This document shows positions 8,694-15,029 of a DNA stretch of 15,029 nt, one piece after another. The position numbers and the translations under genes were made by a program. Source of the stretch: an uncultured bacterium (GTDB taxonomy: Bacteria; Abyssobacteria; SURF-5). Every line of letters begins with the position of its first letter. Within the stretch, counting starts at the first letter, position 1. A model generated the notes under the pieces. That model was not told the DNA's origin. It ran no database searches and worked only from the letters and a program-made list of their open reading frames with translations. Location: NCBI GenBank assembly GCA_964510165.1, contig CAZEBC010000035.1, forward strand, positions 8,208 through 23,236. Direction: 5' to 3'.

Positions 8694-8721
8694 TTATCGG
8701 CACAATGCGCATATCTCTTTA
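8694..8721 (-). promoter_or_regulatory. Sigma-28 (FliA/SigD) promoter for the glycosyltransferase operon
   Basis: Minus strand: TAAA (8721-8718), 16 nt, GCCGATAA (8701-8694). The consensus is TAAA-N15-GCCGATAA, so the spacer is 1 nt long. Confidence 0.75.
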
Positions 8722-8745
8722 GTTGAAGGCAGCCCCGACGGAGCC

Positions 8746-8772
8746 TAAAGTTTTCGTCCAGGCTGCCGATAT
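8746..8772 (+). promoter_or_regulatory. Sigma-28 (FliA/SigD) promoter of fliC
   Basis: TAAAGTTT (8746-8753), 11 nt, GCCGATAT (8765-8772). This equals TAAA-N15-GCCGATAT, essentially the consensus, and lies upstream of flagellin. Confidence 0.92.
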
Positions 8773-8891
8773 AGAGCAGTGAGAGTTTGGATGAGTGCCG
8801 GGGGCTGGCGGAGAACGGCCCCTGGTTGATGGTCGCCGAATCCGACCCAAAACTGATTCGAGGTCAAGGCCAATACCTGTAGAATTGGCCA

Positions 8892-8909
8892 GCGGGCATG
8901 GAGGCCCGC
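8892..8909 (+). promoter_or_regulatory. Putative CsrA binding site 1 in the fliC leader
   Basis: Perfect 6-bp stem GCGGGC/GCCCGC closing the hexaloop ATGGAG (ANGGA). Confidence 0.7.
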
Positions 8910-8944
8910 GCAACCGCTGCGCCCATCCGTGTTGGGCGCACGCA

Positions 8945-8958
8945 CATCAAGGAGGATG
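8945..8958 (+). promoter_or_regulatory. fliC Shine-Dalgarno within putative CsrA binding site 2
   Basis: CATC-AAGGAG-GATG: a 4-bp stem with an ANGGA hexaloop overlapping the SD AAGGAGG, just upstream of ATG 8963. Confidence 0.7.
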
Positions 8959-8962
8959 AAAG

Positions 8963-10753
8963 ATGGGTTTACGAGTCAATACCAACATCACGGCGATAAC
9001 CGCCCAGAGGAATCTGACCCTGGCCGACTCCAGGTTGTTCAGGTCGGTGCAGAGACTTTCCTCCGGCCTGCGCATTAACAGCGCCGGGGACGATCCTGCC
9101 GGTCTGGCGATCTCGGAGCAGCTCAGAGCGCAAATCGCCGGGTTGAACGCCGCCATCGTGAATTCAGAGCGCGCGATCAACCTGGTGCAGACGATTGAAG
9201 GCGCCCTGAACGAGGTCAATTCCTTGCTTATCGGGATGCGCGAGCTGGCGCTTGACGCCGCCAATTCGGGCATCAACAACGCGACTTCGCTCGCGGCCGA
9301 CCAGGCGGAAATCGCCAACGCTCTTCAGACGATAACCCGAATCTCGGACACGACCACATTCAGCATTCAGACACTGCTGGACGGCACGTTCGAGAATCAG
9401 GTTTCTCTGACGAGCCTCAACACCATCGGCCTTACCAGGTACGGCGACAGCACCTTGGCCACCGGCTCCTACACCGTCAGCGTGACCAACATTACCCAGG
9501 CGAGCGCGCAGATCACGTCCGATCCGTTCGACCTGCTGGACAATGTCGCGCTTGGCGGAACCGGCGGCGATGGCGACCCGGACGGGCTGGCTCCCGGCTC
9601 GCACAGACTGGTGATCTCGGAGGCGACGGGCGCACATGTCACGTCAGACACTGCCGCGATTTTCGACGGCAGCAGCACCCTGTCGGCCACCACGATCACG
9701 ATCAGCTCGTCCTCCGGGACGAGCACGGTCACGTTTGAGGGCGATGAGACCAACACGATCGCCAATATCGTGGCCGAGATCAATGACGAGGCCCGCGACC
9801 TGGTGAACGCCGACGACTTCATCGCGGTCGACAACGGCGACGGCACGTATTCAATCGCCATCGACAGCAACAACACGGCGGTCGGCGCCAGCCAGACCAT
9901 CACAATCGAGTTCGCCGACGCTGCGACGGCGCAGGCGTTCGGGTTCGCCACTGCGTCGGTGACGGCCGCAAACGGCGAGAATGTCGGCGTGCAACTCGAC
10001 GACGGCGACATGCTGCGTCTTGCGACCGGGACCACCGAGTTCGTAGTGCACGATGCCAACGGTGGCGCGCTCACTCTGACGTTCGAGGTTGCCTTCGCTA
10101 CGCAGAACCTTATTGAGGGCGCCACCTTGAACGTGGAAGTGACGCCGGCGACCTTCGACGTCCAGGTCGGCTCCGGCCCGAAGGTTTCGTTCACGTCGGG
10201 CGATACCAAGACGGTCAGCGCCGGAACGGATGAACAGGGCAACTCCATCGGTACCATTGACCTGAGCTTCGGGTATTTCAACGTTCCGCCGGTTGACTCA
10301 TCGGTGACCCTGTCGGTCGTTGACAACTCGATTCAGTTCCAGGTCGGTCCGAATCCGAACCAGACCGTCAAGATATCGGCGCAGGATATCTCGTCGGACA
10401 AGCTCGCGCTCGGAGTGATCAACCAGAGCAACTTCCGCAGCCTCAACGAGATCGACGTAACAACGGTCCAGGGGGCCAATGATGCCGTGCTCCTGGTGGA
10501 TCAGGCGATCGATGAGATATCGAGGCTCCGCGCGAAGCTGGGCGCGTTCCAGCAGAACACGCTGGAGACGAACTTGCGCTCACTCAGGATCGCCGAGGAG
10601 AACCTGGCCGCGTCGGAGAGCACCATCCGCGACGTGGACATTTCCCAGGAAATCACCGAATTCACCAAGAACCAGATACTCCTGTCGGCAGGCGTTTCGG
10701 TACTGGCGCAGGCTAATGCGATTCCACAGACGGTACTTCAATTGCTGGGGTAA
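8963..10753 (+). CDS. fliC: Flagellin
   Basis: 596 aa. N-terminal MGLRVNTNI...QRLSSGLRINSAGDDPAGLAISE...EGALNEV; C-terminal FQVGPN...RAKLGAFQ...ENLAASESTIRDVD...LAQAN..PQTVLQLLG. The central variable region is large, Ser/Thr-rich and acidic. Confidence 0.98.
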   Translation: MGLRVNTNITAITAQRNLTLADSRLFRSVQRLSSGLRINSAGDDPAGLAISEQLRAQIAGLNAAIVNSERAINLVQTIEGALNEVNSLLIGMRELALDAANSGINNATSLAADQAEIANALQTITRISDTTTFSIQTLLDGTFENQVSLTSLNTIGLTRYGDSTLATGSYTVSVTNITQASAQITSDPFDLLDNVALGGTGGDGDPDGLAPGSHRLVISEATGAHVTSDTAAIFDGSSTLSATTITISSSSGTSTVTFEGDETNTIANIVAEINDEARDLVNADDFIAVDNGDGTYSIAIDSNNTAVGASQTITIEFADAATAQAFGFATASVTAANGENVGVQLDDGDMLRLATGTTEFVVHDANGGALTLTFEVAFATQNLIEGATLNVEVTPATFDVQVGSGPKVSFTSGDTKTVSAGTDEQGNSIGTIDLSFGYFNVPPVDSSVTLSVVDNSIQFQVGPNPNQTVKISAQDISSDKLALGVINQSNFRSLNEIDVTTVQGANDAVLLVDQAIDEISRLRAKLGAFQQNTLETNLRSLRIAEENLAASESTIRDVDISQEITEFTKNQILLSAGVSVLAQANAIPQTVLQLLG

Positions 10754-10830
10754 CTTTGGCCTAGTGGCCCAATTGGGGCATGCGGCCCGGCGATTCATCG
10801 GGCTGATGAACCCCAAGGAGGTGTAACCTA

Positions 10831-11223
10831 ATGGGCATGAGAATTGATCAGGCAGGCTACCCAGGCCTTGACCCGGCTGCTGGAACCGCGTCCGGAGTCA
10901 GTATTGCCCGTCGAGTTGGAAGCAGCCCGCCAGCGACACCTCAGTTCGCGTCCATGGAGGCGCCGACACCCGCTGGGGCGGATGCTGCACACATGGACGC
11001 CGCTGAAGTGGAGAGCACTCTTGAGGGAATCAACGCGCGCCTTGCCGAACTTGGAAGCAGCCTCAGCCTGAACTTCATCCATGACGAGGCCAGCGGGCGG
11101 TCCGCTGTCCAAATCGTCGATGAAAATGGCGAGGTTATCAGGCAGGTTCCCCCTCAGGAGTTGCTGGACGTCTACGCCAAGATACGCAACATTGTCGGTA
11201 TTCTCCTCGACGAAAGCGGATAA
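10831..11223 (+). CDS. flaG: Flagellar protein FlaG
   Basis: 130 aa. The C-terminus has the FlaG signature LSLNF.HDE.SGRSAVQIVD.NGEVIRQVPPQELL...GILLDE. It occupies the canonical position between fliC and fliD, with SD AAGGAGG at 10815-10821. Confidence 0.93.
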   Translation: MGMRIDQAGYPGLDPAAGTASGVSIARRVGSSPPATPQFASMEAPTPAGADAAHMDAAEVESTLEGINARLAELGSSLSLNFIHDEASGRSAVQIVDENGEVIRQVPPQELLDVYAKIRNIVGILLDESG

Positions 11224-11241
11224 AGAAAAGGGTGTGGCTCA

Positions 11242-13551
11242 ATGGGTGACAGGATATTCTTCTCCGGATTGTCCACGGGCATAGACTTTCAGTCCATCGT
11301 GGATACGATTGTCAAGGCGGAGCAACGCCGGATTGACCTCGTGGTCGCCAATCAGGCGGAGGAAAAAGCCCGGCTGACCGCCGTCCAGAGCTTCAATGGG
11401 CTGCTACTGGGCCTGCTCAGTTCAGCCCGCACGCTCTCGAGGCAACGGAATTTCCAGAGTCAAACTGCCGCCTCGAGCCACGAATCCCTTCTCACTGCTT
11501 CCGTCTCCGGCAATGCAGCTCCCGGCACTCACTATATTACGGTTCACAAGCTTGCGCAGGCGCACCAGTTGGCCTCTCAGGGCTTTGCGGACACAGACAC
11601 AACGAGCATCGGAGTCGGCACGGTCACACTCCGGGTCGGCTCGGGAGCCGCTGCCGCAATCACCATAGACGCAGGAAACGATACCCTGGCCGGGTTGCGA
11701 GACGCGATCAACAACTCTGACGCAGAGGTCACGGCCTCGATTGTCAGCGACGGGAGCGCCTCGAACCCCTACAGGCTCCTGCTCACGAGCGACAAAACGG
11801 GAGCGGCCAACGCCATGACCGTCACGGTCAATCTTACAGGCGGGACCGCTCCCGATTTCGCCGATGCGCGCATGGACGCCGTCGAGGTGGACCCCAACAA
11901 TAGCTCCGCCTATACGGGCGCAGCCTCGGCGCTCGGCGCGTATACCGGCGCCGCAAATGAAACGTTCCTTGTCGAAATCATGGCCGGCGGCGGCGTCGGA
12001 GCGGCAACGTTTCGGTACTCGACCGACGGCGGCCTGACTTTTGACGACAACGGCGGGGCGGGATTCCTCACATCGGAAACAGGCACGCAGTTGGAGGACG
12101 GGGTCTCGATCGCATTCAGTAACAGTGGCACGCTGACGACGGGCGACCGCTTCAGCATCGACACATTCGCTCCTCAGATTCAGGCGGCACAGGACGCCTC
12201 CATCACCTTTGGCGGAGGAGTCGGCGGAGCGCCCATCACGATCAAGTCGAGCACGAATCAGGTAACCGGCGTGATCCCGGGCGTGACGCTGAACCTGCTC
12301 GGCGCCGACTCCTCAACAAGCGTGAGAATATCCATCCAGAATGACACCGAGGCGGTCAGAGCCAGCGTCGAAGGCTTCGTCGAGGCTTACAATCAGGTTA
12401 TCGACTTCCTGAATGAACAGCTTCGGTACGACCCCGTTACGGAACAGGGCGGGCTCTTGCTCGGAGATTCTCTCCTGGTGAGCGTCCAGAACGAGATGCG
12501 GCGCATCGCGACCGACGTGATCTCCGGCCTTCCCTCCGACATGAACCGGCTGTCGGCGATTGGGCTGACATCGGTCCCGGAGACGGGCAAGCTGGTCATT
12601 GATTACTCCAAGCTTGACGCCGCCCTCGCGACGAACCTGCAAGGGGTCGCGGACCTTTTCTCGACAAGTTCTACCTCGACGAATCCAAAGCTCGTCTATC
12701 TTTCCTCGACGGAGAAGACGGTGATGAGCGCGGCGGGCTTCACGGTGGATATCACCCGGGCCGCAACGCAAGGAACGCTCGTGGGGTCCGACCTCGGTCT
12801 TCCAATCACCCTGACCTCCTCGAACAACCAGCTTCGCCTGAAGGTGGACGGCAGGGAAAGCTCTACCCTGACGCTGACCGCCAGGACTTACGATACGGGC
12901 GAGGAGTTGGCGGAGGAGATACAGGCTCGACTGAACGCCGACCCACAGCTTGCGGGCCGGGGTGTAACGGTCGAGTTCACGGACGGTCGGCTGGTCTTCA
13001 CTTCGGCCACGTATGGCTCCTCTTCTTCCGTTCAACTGGGAAGTGAGACAGAAAACAGCGCTCTGGCGGCATTGGGACTTTCGAGCGCGACTGCGACCGT
13101 CGGACAGGACGTGGCCGGCACGATTAACGGTGAGCTAGCTACCGGGACCGGCCAGATTCTCAAGGGAAGAACCGGAAACCGAACGACCGACGGGCTGTCA
13201 ATCCAGGTTACGCTGACGCCCGCCGATGTGAATGCGCTCGAGCCAGAGGGTGTGGTCACGGTAGTCCAGGGAATCGCGACCCGGCTGAGCAATTACCTGG
13301 GTTTCCTGACGGATTCGGTTGATGGACGTTTGACTGCGCGGACCGACACGCTCACGCGGCACATAGACGAATTGGACCAGGACATCGACGCGATGGGGGA
13401 GAGGCTCGAGGACAAGAGAATCAAGCTGCTCGAGGATTTCGCGAGGCTTGAGGCCTCGCTCGCCTCGCTTACATCGCAGGGCGAGTTCCTTGTCCAGCAA
13501 CTGGCAAACCTGCCAAGGATAGACACGATCATTCGAGGGAATAAGGACTAG
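11242..13551 (+). CDS. fliD: Flagellar filament cap protein FliD (HAP2), long form
   Basis: 769 aa. N-terminal FSGLSTGIDFQSIVDTIVKAE, GTHYITVHKLAQAH, AAQDA...SSTNQVTGVIPGVTLNL, FVEAYNQ, LLLGDS and LSAIGLT, plus a C-terminal coiled coil ending DFARLEASLASL.SQ. Confidence 0.96.
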   Translation: MGDRIFFSGLSTGIDFQSIVDTIVKAEQRRIDLVVANQAEEKARLTAVQSFNGLLLGLLSSARTLSRQRNFQSQTAASSHESLLTASVSGNAAPGTHYITVHKLAQAHQLASQGFADTDTTSIGVGTVTLRVGSGAAAAITIDAGNDTLAGLRDAINNSDAEVTASIVSDGSASNPYRLLLTSDKTGAANAMTVTVNLTGGTAPDFADARMDAVEVDPNNSSAYTGAASALGAYTGAANETFLVEIMAGGGVGAATFRYSTDGGLTFDDNGGAGFLTSETGTQLEDGVSIAFSNSGTLTTGDRFSIDTFAPQIQAAQDASITFGGGVGGAPITIKSSTNQVTGVIPGVTLNLLGADSSTSVRISIQNDTEAVRASVEGFVEAYNQVIDFLNEQLRYDPVTEQGGLLLGDSLLVSVQNEMRRIATDVISGLPSDMNRLSAIGLTSVPETGKLVIDYSKLDAALATNLQGVADLFSTSSTSTNPKLVYLSSTEKTVMSAAGFTVDITRAATQGTLVGSDLGLPITLTSSNNQLRLKVDGRESSTLTLTARTYDTGEELAEEIQARLNADPQLAGRGVTVEFTDGRLVFTSATYGSSSSVQLGSETENSALAALGLSSATATVGQDVAGTINGELATGTGQILKGRTGNRTTDGLSIQVTLTPADVNALEPEGVVTVVQGIATRLSNYLGFLTDSVDGRLTARTDTLTRHIDELDQDIDAMGERLEDKRIKLLEDFARLEASLASLTSQGEFLVQQLANLPRIDTIIRGNKD

Positions 13552-13584
13552 CGAGCGGGAATCGCTGTGAGATGAATGATTCCA

Positions 13585-13602
13585 TAGGGGCGCACGGCGT
13601 GC
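13585..13602 (+). repeat. Truncated copy of the GTAG REP-like element at 2811-2835
   Basis: TAGGGGCGCACGGCGTGC is the exact 18-nt reverse complement of 2817-2834. It lies in the fliD-fliS gap. Confidence 0.75.
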
Positions 13603-13643
13603 CTTAGATTAGCCGCCGAAACACATGAGGAGGCACGAGGCAG

Positions 13644-14144
13644 ATGGAGGAAGTTCGCAGAGGGGATTTGACGTCCGAAAAGGCGGTCAAACGGTATCGT
13701 GAGGAACAGGTCAATGGCCTCAGCCAGAAGGACCTCATCCTGATGCTCTATGACGGCGCGATCAAGTTCTCCTCCGAAGCGAAAGAGGCGATGCAGAGCA
13801 AGGACTATGTGCAGAGTTACAGGTCTGTCATCCGCGCCCGCGACATAATCACGGAACTCCTGCGAATCCTCAATGTGGAGAAGGGCGGCGACGTCGCCCG
13901 GAACTTGCAGCGTCTGTATGTGTATATGATCGGACGGCTGATAGAGGTTAACTTCACAAAGGAAACCCGCCTGCTCGACAATGTGCTTTATATACTCCGC
14001 GACCTCCGGTCCGCCTGGGCGGCCATTGATTTTCACGCGGCAATGGCGGAAATGGCTGGTCAACGCGACGGCGGCAACGGCTGCGGGAAAGCCCCCCTGC
14101 GACAACTCGCCACAAACTCGCGGTTGCTGTCCGTGACCGCGTGA
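13644..14144 (+). CDS. fliS: Flagellin export chaperone FliS
   Basis: 166 aa with Y.EEQV...SQKDLILMLYDGAIKF, RARDIITEL...LNVEKGGDVARNLQRLYVYM..RL and DLRSAW. It follows fliD and has GAGG/GAGGAGG upstream. Confidence 0.96.
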   Translation: MEEVRRGDLTSEKAVKRYREEQVNGLSQKDLILMLYDGAIKFSSEAKEAMQSKDYVQSYRSVIRARDIITELLRILNVEKGGDVARNLQRLYVYMIGRLIEVNFTKETRLLDNVLYILRDLRSAWAAIDFHAAMAEMAGQRDGGNGCGKAPLRQLATNSRLLSVTA

Positions 14145-14155
14145 ACGTCCTTCCA

Positions 14156-14232
14156 ACCACCAAGTCACCAAGAACACCGTGGAAGCGCCAAGCGTTCTTC
14201 TGATCCCTTCGTGTCCTTTGTGCCTTATTGGT
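14156..14232. repeat. Imperfect inverted repeat built of CACnAAG units between convergent genes; possible bidirectional terminator or REP-like element
   Basis: The left arm ACCACCAAGTCACCAAGAACAC (14156-14177) matches the reverse complement of the right arm, ACCAATAAGGCACAAAGGACAC (14232-14211), at 17 of 22 positions. Confidence 0.6.
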
Positions 14233-14247
14233 CGAACTCCTATGTCA

Positions 14248-15027
14248 CTAATGCTTCCCTATGAACTCCAGCAGCGCCTTGTTCACCGCCGAGGGGACCT
14301 CGCTGTTAAAGGCGTGGCCGCCTGCGATGATGTTCAGGTGAGAGCCTGGTATGCGGGCGGCGATGTCGCGCGAGAATTTGACCGGCGTCAGGATGTCGCC
14401 CTCGCCGACCAGAACCATGGTGGGCGTCTTGATGTTCTTGATCTTGTCCGCGAGGTTGAACGAGCAGATCGCCGCGCATTGCGCCCGGAACGGCGCGGGC
14501 AAGAGTGGAACCTCCTTGAGATGGTCAATCGTCATCTGACGGAACATCATGAGCGAGTTGTACTGTTTTTCGATGAAATCGAACGTGAAACACCAACCAA
14601 TGATGTTGTTCACGAATGATTCGACACCGAGCTTGTCGAGGATATCCGTCCACAGCATGAGCATGAGGTCGGCGCCTTTGGGAATGCGGCAGGCGGTGGC
14701 CATGAGGGTGAGGCTGAGCAGGCGCTCGGGATGGTCGAGCGCGAACTGCTGCGAGATCATGCCGCCCATCGAGTGCCCGACCAGGTGCGCCTTTTCGATG
14801 CCGACCGCCTGGAAGAAACCGGCCAGGTCGTCGGCCATCGTCTTGATGGTGTACGGGCCTTTGGGCTTGTCGGTCAATCCGACGCCCCGGTTGTCGATCA
14901 TGTATACCTTGTGGTTCTGCGCGAGTTCCGGCGCCTGCATCGCCCACGCGAAATGGTCCATCCCGTATCCCGTCACCAGCACGACGGGCGTCCCTTCGCC
15001 GACGCAATCATAATTCATCTCGATGTC
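14248..15027 (-). CDS. Alpha/beta-fold hydrolase (3-oxoadipate enol-lactonase/PcaD-like), probably truncated at its 5' end by the window edge
   Basis: GEGTPVVLVTG, IDNRGVGLTDKP, nucleophile elbow GHSMGG, acid GEGDILTP and base GGHAF. The frame stays open upstream of ATG 15018 (..DIEMNY), so the real start likely lies just beyond the window. Confidence 0.93.
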   Translation of the reverse strand, partial: DIEMNYDCVGEGTPVVLVTGYGMDHFAWAMQAPELAQNHKVYMIDNRGVGLTDKPKGPYTIKTMADDLAGFFQAVGIEKAHLVGHSMGGMISQQFALDHPERLLSLTLMATACRIPKGADLMLMLWTDILDKLGVESFVNNIIGWCFTFDFIEKQYNSLMMFRQMTIDHLKEVPLLPAPFRAQCAAICSFNLADKIKNIKTPTMVLVGEGDILTPVKFSRDIAARIPGSHLNIIAGGHAFNSEVPSAVNKALLEFIGKH

Positions 15028-15029
15028 GC

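Noticed and set aside
8656-8712. N-terminal 19 codons of the 1135-aa ORF (start ATG 8712)
   Set aside because: The ATG lies within the spacer of the minus-strand sigma-28 promoter, so it would not be transcribed from it, and it has no convincing SD. A start at 8655 or later is preferred.
4007-8712. Glycocin (sublancin-type RiPP) cluster suggested by SunS-like GTs
   Set aside because: No double-glycine precursor peptide, peptidase-ABC exporter or thiol-disulfide oxidoreductase is nearby. The flagellar context and sigma-28 promoter explain the GTs better.
8719-8945. Small minus-strand ORFs (64 and 66 aa) in the fliC-GT intergenic region
   Set aside because: They overlap the fliC promoter region and are antisense to the structured fliC leader, with no recognisable protein features.
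8779-8962. c-di-GMP riboswitch in the fliC leader
   Set aside because: I could not find the GEMM-type GCAAA..GAAA tetraloop/receptor pattern; the leader looks like simple serial hairpins. An Rfam scan would settle it.
13596-13622. Internal sigma-28 promoter before fliS (GCCGAAAC)
   Set aside because: The -10 match is only partial and there is no TAAA-like -35 at 15-16 nt spacing.
1866-14232. CRISPR array or IS ends among the palindromic repeats
   Set aside because: There are no regularly spaced direct repeats with unique spacers, no cas or transposase gene, and no target-site duplication was recognised.

Overview
GC-rich bacterial chromosomal window. Its core is a late-flagellar locus, fliC-flaG-fliD-fliS (+, 8963-14144), set head-to-head with a minus-strand operon (about 8655 to 2850). 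That operon encodes a ~1100-aa protein built from three tandem [GT2 glycosyltransferase + TPR] modules, a translationally coupled fourth GT2-TPR protein, and an Eis-like GNAT acetyltransferase. Two back-to-back sigma-28 (FliA/SigD) promoters, with -35 boxes 24 nt apart, appear to drive both arms. The fliC leader is a chain of hairpins, including two textbook CsrA-type ANGGA hexaloops. The most likely reading is a FliA-coupled, multi-module flagellin glycosylation (and possibly acetylation) system; the function is inferred, not shown. The flanks hold an Rv0959-like VWA protein, an SDR oxidoreductase with a near-consensus sigma-70 promoter, and a 5'-truncated alpha/beta hydrolase. Three different REP-like palindromic repeat families occupy intergenic gaps. 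No rRNA, tRNA, CRISPR array or transposase was seen.
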